DNA from: Acidimicrobiaceae bacterium
Lineage (GTDB): Bacteria; Actinomycetota; Acidimicrobiia; Acidimicrobiales; Aldehydirespiratoraceae
Assembly (NCBI GenBank): GCA_026710865.1
Contig: JAPOQG010000204.1
Coordinates: 9,318-73,317, forward strand
Direction: 5' to 3'
DNA length: 64,000 bases
Part shown: piece by piece, positions 52,459-59,681 of the stretch
How the letters are laid out: every line of letters starts with the position of its first letter
Numbering within the stretch: the stretch's first letter is position 1
Notes under the pieces: model-generated
Seen by the model: the letters and a program-made list of their open reading frames with translations, nothing else
Told to the model about the DNA's origin: nothing
The model's database searches: none
Program-made: the position numbers and the translations under genes

Positions 52459-54236
52459 TGGGCGGCGGCGTTGCTCAGCCGGGCCCGAAGTTCGTGCTTG
52501 AGCACCTTGCCTGAAGCGTTGAGAGGGAGTTCGGTCACGAAGGTGATGCCCCGTGGGGCTTTGTAGTTCGCCATCCGCTCCCGGCACCAGTCCACCAACT
52601 CGGCACTGGTCGCCTCGTCGGCGGCCGCGCCGGCGGCGGGCACCACGAAGGCGTGGCCCACCTCGCCCAGCCGCTCATCGGGCCGGCCCACCACCGCCAC
52701 CTGGCCCACCGCTGGATGGGCCAGCATCATCGACTCGATCTCGGCCGGATAGGCGTTGAAGCCGCCGCAGATGAACATGTCCTTGAGCCGGTCGGTGATG
52801 GCCACGTACCCGGCTGCGTCCATGGTGCCGATGTCGCCGGTGTGGAGCCAGCCGTCGGCGTCGATGGTGGCCGCAGTGGCGTGGGGGTCGTCGAGGTAGC
52901 CGTCCATCACGTTGTAGCCCCGCACCACGATCTCGCCCGGCTCCCCCCGCGGCATCGCCGCTCCGTCGGGGCCGACGACCCGCACCTCCACGTCTTCGAT
53001 GGCCCGTCCAGAGGTGGTCGAGATCGTCTCGGGCGGATCGTCGTGACGGCACATGGTGGCTATGCCCGACGCCTCGGTGAGCCCGTAGCCGGTCACGATC
53101 ACCTCGAAGCCCAACCGCTCCCGCATGGCCTCGATCATCGGCACCGGCACCGGGGCGGCGCCGGTCACCGCCAGCCGCAGGGTGGACATGTCGAAGCTGT
53201 CGAGGTCGGGATGGGTGAGGATGGTCTGGTAGACGGCGGGCGGGCCGGGGAGCACCGAGATCCGCTCGGCGGGGACCCGGGCCATCACCGACGGCACGTC
53301 GAAGGTGGGATGGGGCACCATGGTGGCCCCCGTCATCAGGCAGGCCAGGATGCCGGCGTTGAGGCCGAAGGAATGGAAGAACGGGTTGACGATCAGGTAG
53401 CGGTCGTCGTGGCGCAGCCCGATCACCGAGGCCCAGCTCCGGTAGGCCCGGCACACCGCCCCGTGGTTGAGCAGCACCCCCTTGGGGCGCCCGGTGGTGC
53501 CGGACGTGAACATGATGTGGCAGGGGTCGCTGCGCCACACCGGGCGGCTGGGGCTCGGCTCGGCCGTGGCCGAGTCCATGAAGTCGGCGTAGCCGATCGC
53601 GCCCGGCGGCACGGGGCCGCGCATGACCACGGTTGCTTCGAGCGACTCGGGCATGCCGCCCTGGACCGCCCTGAGCAGGCCCAGATGGTCCGCGCCCAGA
53701 AAGTCGGTGACACAGAACAGGATCCGGGCCCGGGCCGCGCTGAGCACGTAGGCGGTCTCGTCTCCCTTGAAGCGGGTGTTGATCGGCACCACCACACCGC
53801 CCATGGCATGCACGCCGAGCGCTGCGACGGCCCACTCCCAGGTGTTGTGGCCCCACACGGCGGCCCGGTCGCCGGGGGCGAGTCCCCAGGCCCTCAAGGC
53901 CTCGGCCATGGTGCCCACCCGGTTGCGCAGCTCCGTGAACGTCATCCTCGCATCGCCGTCCACCAGGGCCTCAGCGTCACCGAAGCGGGCCGCGGCGTCG
54001 TCCAGCAGCGCTGGGATGGTGTCGGGCAGCCCGGGGGCTGCATGAGTGCTGCGGGGGGTGCCGGCCGATGACGGGACCGCGGCGAGCGGGCCGCCGGTGT
54101 CGGCCAGACGCCGGCGCGATCGGTTGCCGGTGAGGGTGTGTTCGGGGCCCGGGCCGGCCGATGCCGCCGGCGGGTTCGCAGGATTGTCACGGGCCTCGTC
54201 CACCGCGGCGGTCTGCCGGCGCCGATTGTCAGGCAT
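52443..54236 (-). CDS. AMP-dependent acyl-CoA synthetase/ligase
   Basis: ATG at 54236 overlaps the P450 stop by 8 nt. IMFTSGTTGRPKGVLLNHG, GYGLTEASG, TGD.G..D..GY..I.DR.KD. The first ~75 aa are low-complexity, so the true start may be later. Confidence 0.85.
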   Translation of the reverse strand: MPDNRRRQTAAVDEARDNPANPPAASAGPGPEHTLTGNRSRRRLADTGGPLAAVPSSAGTPRSTHAAPGLPDTIPALLDDAAARFGDAEALVDGDARMTFTELRNRVGTMAEALRAWGLAPGDRAAVWGHNTWEWAVAALGVHAMGGVVVPINTRFKGDETAYVLSAARARILFCVTDFLGADHLGLLRAVQGGMPESLEATVVMRGPVPPGAIGYADFMDSATAEPSPSRPVWRSDPCHIMFTSGTTGRPKGVLLNHGAVCRAYRSWASVIGLRHDDRYLIVNPFFHSFGLNAGILACLMTGATMVPHPTFDVPSVMARVPAERISVLPGPPAVYQTILTHPDLDSFDMSTLRLAVTGAAPVPVPMIEAMRERLGFEVIVTGYGLTEASGIATMCRHDDPPETISTTSGRAIEDVEVRVVGPDGAAMPRGEPGEIVVRGYNVMDGYLDDPHATAATIDADGWLHTGDIGTMDAAGYVAITDRLKDMFICGGFNAYPAEIESMMLAHPAVGQVAVVGRPDERLGEVGHAFVVPAAGAAADEATSAELVDWCRERMANYKAPRGITFVTELPLNASGKVLKHELRARLSNAAAHPKSL

Positions 54237-55515
54237 CCCAGGCCACCAGCAGGTTGCGGGGACCGCGGAAGGTGATGTTGGCGAACCGTTCCAGGCTCTG
54301 GCCCTCCACCAGCCGCAGCGACGGGACCCGCTCGGTGAGCACCTCGAGGGCCACCGTCGCCTCCAGCCGGGCGAGGCGGGCGCCGAGGCAGAAGTGGATG
54401 CCCTTGCCGAAGGAGATGTGGTTGCGGGCATTGGACCGGTGGATGTCGAAGTCGCCGGGGTGGTCGAAGACGTCAGGCTGGTGGTTGGCCGCGGCGAGGC
54501 TCATGAAGATGTTGGTGCCCGCGGGCACCTTCACCCCGGCCACCTCGGTGTCGGTGTTGGCCACCCGCCGCCAGCTCGTCTGGGGCGACTCGAAGCGCAG
54601 GACCTCTTCGAGGGCGGCGCCGATGAGCGACCGGTCCGCGCACAGCTCGTCCCACTGGGCGGGCCGCGACAGCAGGCAGATCAGCGCGTTGGACAGGAAG
54701 TGGCTGACGATCTCGTGGCCCGCGAACGACAGGCCGTAGACGATCGACTCCACCTCCCGGTAGGTGAGTTCGGCGGGGTCGTCGGCGTGCACGGCCAGCA
54801 GCTCGGAGGTGAAGTCGTCGCCGGGGTCGTCGACCTTGGAGGCCACGAAATCGCGGCAGTAGCGCCAGTAGCCGAGCATCTTGTGGGCGATCTCTGTCTG
54901 TTCGGCCTCGGTGGGCTTGCCCCAGCTGAAGGCCAGACGGTCGGAGCACCACTCCTTGAGCTTGTCGTCGTCGCTGGTGGGGAAGCCGATGAAGCGGAAG
55001 ATCGTCTCACCCGGCAGCGGATGCGCGAACACGGGCACGAAATCGGCGGGCGGGCCCTCGGCCAGCAGGGCGTCGACGAGGTCGTGGCTCCGGCGGCGGA
55101 TGTAGGGCTCGAGGATGCGCATGCGCCGGTTCGAGAAGCCCTGCTTGGTGTGGTTGCGGATCCGTCCGTGGTCGGGGGGCTGGCGATTGGACATGACCGC
55201 CACCGGGTTGAAGTCCGGCGCGGCCAGCACCGCGTGGGCGGCCGGGCACAGCGGGAACACGGGATCCTGCACGTTCTGGGAGCCGAACGCCTCGGGGTCC
55301 AGGAACACGTCGCTGACGTCCTCCATGCGGGTGACCACCAGGTAACCCAGCTCGCGGGAGTAGAAGACCGGCGTGTCCCGCAGCTCGTCGAGCACCGCAT
55401 AGGGGTCGGCCAGGTAGTCGGGCGCGAACGGTGTGAAGCCGTTGACGGGGCATCCCGGCGGCGGCGGCGGCACCTCGTCGGGCACCCGGTGATAGGACGC
55501 CTCGGTCTGCGTCAC
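54229..55515 (-). CDS. cytochrome P450
   Basis: Heme-binding loop FGKGIHFCLGARLAR, an EVLRFESP (ExxR) motif, and an I-helix-like SFAGHEIVS. I prefer GTG 55515 as the start. The longer 55578 start would leave only 5 bp to the divergent glcD. Confidence 0.9.
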   Translation of the reverse strand: MTQTEASYHRVPDEVPPPPPGCPVNGFTPFAPDYLADPYAVLDELRDTPVFYSRELGYLVVTRMEDVSDVFLDPEAFGSQNVQDPVFPLCPAAHAVLAAPDFNPVAVMSNRQPPDHGRIRNHTKQGFSNRRMRILEPYIRRRSHDLVDALLAEGPPADFVPVFAHPLPGETIFRFIGFPTSDDDKLKEWCSDRLAFSWGKPTEAEQTEIAHKMLGYWRYCRDFVASKVDDPGDDFTSELLAVHADDPAELTYREVESIVYGLSFAGHEIVSHFLSNALICLLSRPAQWDELCADRSLIGAALEEVLRFESPQTSWRRVANTDTEVAGVKVPAGTNIFMSLAAANHQPDVFDHPGDFDIHRSNARNHISFGKGIHFCLGARLARLEATVALEVLTERVPSLRLVEGQSLERFANITFRGPRNLLVAWDA

Positions 55516-55583
55516 GGGCCGGCTCCTCTCGTTGAGGCGGCAGCGTAGCCGGGCCGGGGTCTGTACTCCCAGCGGCACGCGTT

Positions 55584-57125
55584 ATGGTCAGAGTCGTGGC
55601 CAGGACGCTCGCCGAAGCGACCCGCAGGGTCTTGGGATCGCGCCGCCGGACCGGCCGCGGGCCGGCGGCGGCCGAGCCGGCCCAGGCTGGCGACGCAGCC
55701 CTGGCAGCCGATCTGGAGGCCGCCATCGGCGCCGACCGGGTGCGCTCCGATGCGGCGGCCCGCTACCTGGCCTCCCGCGACGCCTCCATCTACCGGGAGG
55801 GCAACGCCGGTCCGGTCTGCTATCCGGACTCGACCGCCGACGTGGTGGCCTGCGTGCAGGTCGCCGCCCGCCACGGCCGGGCCGTGTCCCCCCGGGGCGC
55901 GGGCACCGGCCTGGCCGGCGGCGCGGCCCCGCTGGGCCGGCCGGTGGTGCTGTCGATGACCCGCATGGACAAGCTGCTGGAGATCGACGTCGACAACGGC
56001 GTGGCCTGGGTGCAGCCCGGCATCGTCAACCTCGACCTCACCCGGGCGCTGGCCCCCCACGGGGTGCATTATGCGCCCGATCCGTCCAGCCAGGCGGCCT
56101 GCACCATCGGCGGCAACGTGGCCAACAACTCCGGCGGTCCCCACTGCCTGGCCTACGGGGTGACCAGCGCCCACGTGCTGGCTGTGGAGGTCGTGCTCTC
56201 CGACGGGTCGGTTGTGACGCTCGGCGACCTGAGCGCCGAACCGGTGGGCTACGACCTGCGAGGGGCCTTCGTCGGCTCGGAGGGGATGTGCGGGATCGCC
56301 ACCGCAGTGGCCGTGCGCCTCACGCCCGACCCGCCCGCGGTGCGCACTATGCTGCTGTGCTTCGACGACGTGTCGGACGCGGCGGCCACCGTCAGCGCCA
56401 TCATCGCCGACGGGATCGTGCCGGCGGCCATCGAGATGATGGACCAGCGCTGCGTGAGAGCGGTCGAGGACTTCGCCCAGGCCGGCTATCCCGAGGACGC
56501 CGCCGCGGTGCTGCTGGTCGAGGTGGACGGACCCGCGGGCGGCGTGTCCATCGCCTCCGAGCGCATCGCCGGCATCGCCCGGCGCTATCAGGCCATGAGC
56601 GTGCGAACGGCCGCCGACGAGGATGAGCGGGCCCGGCTGTGGAAGGGCCGCAAGAGCGCGTTCGGGGCGGTGGCCAACGTGATGCCCGACTACTACCTGC
56701 ACGACACGGTCGTGCCCCGCACCCGGCTCGTGGAGGTGCTCGAGAGCATCTACGAGATCGTCGACCGCTACGACCTGATCGTCCTCAACGTCTTCCATGC
56801 CGGCGACGGCAACCTGCACCCCATCCTGGCCTACGACTCCAGGGTGCCCGGCGCCGACGAGCGGGTGCACGCCGCGGGCCGCGAGATCATCACGATGTCG
56901 CTGGACATGGGCGGAGCCCTGACCGGCGAGCACGGCATCGGGGTGGAGAAGCGCGAGCACATGAGCCGCATGTTCAGCGAGGTGGACCTCGATCAGCAGG
57001 CGCGGCTGCGGGCCTCGTTCGACCCGTACTGCCGCATGAACCCGGGCAAGGTGCTGCCCAGCGCGCACAGCTGCTCGGACATCGCAGCGTTGCGGGCCTC
57101 CGACGCGTCCGGCGTCTGGGGCTGA
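55584..57125 (+). CDS. glcD: FAD-linked oxidase, glycolate oxidase subunit GlcD-like
   Basis: 513 aa. PRGAGTGLAGGA, then ...YAPDPSS...CTIGGNVANNSGGPHCL.YG, and a C-terminal GEHGIG..K. Confidence 0.85.
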   Translation: MVRVVARTLAEATRRVLGSRRRTGRGPAAAEPAQAGDAALAADLEAAIGADRVRSDAAARYLASRDASIYREGNAGPVCYPDSTADVVACVQVAARHGRAVSPRGAGTGLAGGAAPLGRPVVLSMTRMDKLLEIDVDNGVAWVQPGIVNLDLTRALAPHGVHYAPDPSSQAACTIGGNVANNSGGPHCLAYGVTSAHVLAVEVVLSDGSVVTLGDLSAEPVGYDLRGAFVGSEGMCGIATAVAVRLTPDPPAVRTMLLCFDDVSDAAATVSAIIADGIVPAAIEMMDQRCVRAVEDFAQAGYPEDAAAVLLVEVDGPAGGVSIASERIAGIARRYQAMSVRTAADEDERARLWKGRKSAFGAVANVMPDYYLHDTVVPRTRLVEVLESIYEIVDRYDLIVLNVFHAGDGNLHPILAYDSRVPGADERVHAAGREIITMSLDMGGALTGEHGIGVEKREHMSRMFSEVDLDQQARLRASFDPYCRMNPGKVLPSAHSCSDIAALRASDASGVWG

Positions 57126-57154
57126 CCGGACGGGCATGACCGGGACCGGCTGCA

Positions 57155-57262
57155 GTCGCATCCTCGAACATGCGTCGACACCCTCGGGCGCGGTCCTGTT
57201 GGCGGTCTGTGAGCGTGACATTTCCGGTCGCATCCTCGAACATGCGTCGACACCCTCGGGCG
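57155..57262. repeat. 72-bp-period duplication in the glcD-glcE spacer
   Basis: GTCGCATCCTCGAACATGCGTCGACACCCTCGGGCG is present at 57155-57190 and identically at 57227-57262. Confidence 0.95.
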
Positions 57263-57269
57263 TCCGGGA

Positions 57270-58208
57270 GTGACGGTGGCGGACTTCGATGAGGCTCTGA
57301 CCGCGTTCGCGGCCGAGGTCGGCTCGGAGGGCCCGGTGTGCGTGCGAGGCGGCCGCACCCGCTGGAGCCTCGGCGGCGACATGGCGCCGGGCACTCGCGA
57401 GGTCGCCGCCCCGGCCGGGATCGTCGCGTTCGAGCCGGCCGAGATGACGGTGCGGGTGCGGGCCGGCACGCCGGTGACCGAGCTCCATGAGGCGCTGGCC
57501 GGGTCCGGGCAGCGGACTGCCCTGCCCGAGCGTCCGGGCGGGACCGTCGGCGGAGCGTTGATGGCGGGGGAGTCGAGCATCGCCCGGCTGGGGCTCGGCC
57601 CGGTGCGAGACGGGCTGCTGCAGGCCCGCTACGTGTGCGCCGACGGCCGGATCGCCAGCGGCGGCGCCGGCACCGTCAAGAACGTCAGCGGCTTCGATCT
57701 GTGCCGGCTGCTGGTCGGCTCGCTCGGAACCCTCGGACTGGTGGGAGAGGTGCTGCTGCGCACCATGCCGGTGGGGGAGGTCGAGCGCTGGGTGCATGTG
57801 CCGGGGGCCGCCCCGGACCCGGCACGGTCGTGTCACACGGCTGCGTCGCTGCTGTGGGACGGCACCGATCTGTGGGCGTTCCTGAGCGGCTACGGGGTCG
57901 ACGTGGACGAGGACCTGTCACGCCTGGCAGAACTCTCGTCAGGACCGCCCGAGGACGTGGACGGACCCCCCGACCTGCCGCCTCACCGCTGGTCGTGCAC
58001 CCCGTCGGAAGCGGCTTCGTTCGGGTCGGGGAACGGCGCGGCGGGCCGCTTCGTCGCCGAGGTCGGCGTCGGCGTGGTGCACGCCTCCGAGCCGCAGCCT
58101 GCCCGTCCGGTCGAGCCGGGCGTCGGGGAACTGAATCGCCGCTTCAAGGAGCGCTTCGACCCGGCCGGCCGCCTCAACCCCGGCCGCGACCCTCTGAGGA
58201 AGCCGTGA
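57270..58208 (+). CDS. glcE: FAD-binding oxidoreductase, GlcE-like subunit
   Basis: 312 aa. VRGGRTRW, a VKNV.G.DL..LL.GS.GTLG motif, and its position between glcD and glcF. Confidence 0.75.
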   Translation: MTVADFDEALTAFAAEVGSEGPVCVRGGRTRWSLGGDMAPGTREVAAPAGIVAFEPAEMTVRVRAGTPVTELHEALAGSGQRTALPERPGGTVGGALMAGESSIARLGLGPVRDGLLQARYVCADGRIASGGAGTVKNVSGFDLCRLLVGSLGTLGLVGEVLLRTMPVGEVERWVHVPGAAPDPARSCHTAASLLWDGTDLWAFLSGYGVDVDEDLSRLAELSSGPPEDVDGPPDLPPHRWSCTPSEAASFGSGNGAAGRFVAEVGVGVVHASEPQPARPVEPGVGELNRRFKERFDPAGRLNPGRDPLRKP

Positions 58209-58231
58209 TGCTCCCGCGGGGGCCCCGCCGG

Positions 58232-58283
58232 CGAAATTGGTGCCGATTCGGTGTGTCCAGTGCCCATTTGGTCGCCAATTTCG
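58232..58283. other. lower-GC hairpin element in the glcE-glcF spacer
   Basis: A 9-bp stem, CGAAATTGG (58232-58240) with CCAATTTCG (58275-58283), and a 34-nt loop. The AATTGG...CCAATT termini resemble the modB-modC spacer hairpins. Confidence 0.6.
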
Positions 58284-58299
58284 ATTCTGGGATGCGTTG

Positions 58300-59472
58300 A
58301 TGGACCTCGGACTGAACGACGACGAGCTGGTCGCCTGCGTGTCCTGCGGGCTGTGCCTGCCGCACTGCCCGACGTTCGTGGTCACCGGACGCGACACCGA
58401 ATCGCCCCGGGGCCGGATCGCACTGATGAGGGCGGTCCAGAACGAGGGCGCACCGGTGACCGACGACCTGATCCGGTCGATGGAGACCTGCGTGCAGTGC
58501 CGGGGATGCGAGACGGCCTGTCCCAGCGCCGTGCCGTTCGGCCATCTGATGGAGGGAACCCGGGCCGCGTTGGCGGCTGAGGGCCGGATCACCCCCCGCT
58601 GGCAGCGGCTGGCGCTGAAGGGGCTGCGCCACCGGTGGCTGCTGATGGCCGGCTCCACCCTGCTGGCTCTGGCCATCCGCCTGCGGCTGGTGCCGACCCG
58701 GCGGCTCGGGCTGCCGGCCCGCATGGCGCTGCGGCGGCCGCGGCTGCGCACCTCGGGCACCGACGTGTGGCTCTTCACCGGCTGCGTCATGGACGCCTGG
58801 CAGCGCGATGTGCACCTGGCGGTGCAGCGGGTGCTGGAGGCGGCCGGCGCCGGCGTCGAGCCCACCGGCGGGGCCGCTCCGTGCTGCGGCGCGCTGCACA
58901 TCCACGCCGGTCTCGAGTCCGAGACCAAGGCCATGGCCCGCCAGGTGATGGCCGGGCTCTCCGGAGACGGCCGCCCCATCCTGGTCGACGCGGCCGGCTG
59001 CGGCGCGGCGCTCAAGGACTACGGCCACCTGCTGGGCACCGACGAGGCCCGGGCCTTCTCGGCCCGGGTGTACGACGTGCACGAATGGCTGGCCGGCCGC
59101 CTCGGCGAGTTGCAGTCCCAGCATCCGGTCGATCCGCTGGACGTGACCGTGGCCGTGCAGGACCCGTGCCATCTCCGCCATGTGCAGCGGGCCCATCAGG
59201 CGGTCCCCGAAGTGCTGCAGCCGTTCGTTGCGAGCGTGGTGGCCCTCGACGACGACGGTCTGTGCTGCGGGGCCGGCGGCGCCTACTCGGTGATGGAGGC
59301 CGATCTGTCGAGGGCGATCCGGGAGCGCAAGACCGCGGCGGTGGCCCGGTCGGGAGCGTCGGTGGTGGCCAGCGCCAACCCGGGCTGCTCGCTGCACCTC
59401 GCGGCGGCCGGCCTCGACGTCCGCCATCCCCTCGAGCTGGTCGACCAGGCCCTCTCAGCCTCCCGCGTCTAG
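58300..59472 (+). CDS. glcF: (Fe-S)-binding protein, GlcF-like subunit
   Basis: ATG at 58300. Two ferredoxin-type clusters (CVSCGLCLPHCP and CVQCRGCETACP) and two CCG-type Cys-rich repeats. Confidence 0.8.
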   Translation: MDLGLNDDELVACVSCGLCLPHCPTFVVTGRDTESPRGRIALMRAVQNEGAPVTDDLIRSMETCVQCRGCETACPSAVPFGHLMEGTRAALAAEGRITPRWQRLALKGLRHRWLLMAGSTLLALAIRLRLVPTRRLGLPARMALRRPRLRTSGTDVWLFTGCVMDAWQRDVHLAVQRVLEAAGAGVEPTGGAAPCCGALHIHAGLESETKAMARQVMAGLSGDGRPILVDAAGCGAALKDYGHLLGTDEARAFSARVYDVHEWLAGRLGELQSQHPVDPLDVTVAVQDPCHLRHVQRAHQAVPEVLQPFVASVVALDDDGLCCGAGGAYSVMEADLSRAIRERKTAAVARSGASVVASANPGCSLHLAAAGLDVRHPLELVDQALSASRV

Positions 59473-59474
59473 TC

Positions 59475-59494
59475 CCCCGCCCTGAGTGGCGGGG
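59475..59494 (+). terminator. short GC hairpin just after the glcF stop
   Basis: CCCCGCC (59475-59481), 6-nt loop, GGCGGGG (59488-59494). There is no U-tract, so this is a weak call. Confidence 0.35.
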
Positions 59495-59510
59495 AGCCCG
59501 CGGCGCCCTC

Positions 59511-59564
59511 CGGCATTGTGGCGTCCTTCGGCATTGTGGCGTCCTTCGGCATTGCGGCGCCCTC
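59511..59564. repeat. 3 x 18-bp tandem repeat in the glcF-vWA spacer
   Basis: CGGCATTGTGGCGTCCTT twice (59511-59546), then a diverged CGGCATTGCGGCGCCCTC (59547-59564). The preceding 10 nt repeat the end of the third unit. Confidence 0.9.
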
Positions 59565-59681
59565 CGGCGCTGGACCGGTGGCCGGGTTTCTTGGGGCGCC
59601 CGGGAACCGGCCGCCGGTTCGCGTCGTCGTAGGGAGCGATCGGGCGCAGAGGGTGCCCGCCATCTGGAGGAGGGTGACCGA

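Noticed and set aside
58237-58299. An alternative glcF start at GTG 58237, adding MVPIRCVQCPFGRQFRFWDAL with a CxxC.
   Set aside because: The extension lies in the lower-GC hairpin element and has poor codon character. ATG 58300 gives the canonical GlcF N-terminus, which leads directly into the first 4Fe-4S motif.
29969-59564. The tandem repeats (29969, 32441, 45635, 57155, 59511) were considered as possible CRISPR arrays.
   Set aside because: Each has only 2-3 units, and the units are either directly abutting or separated by a single spacer. The periods (18-72 bp) and structure do not fit a repeat-spacer architecture, and there are no cas genes in the window.
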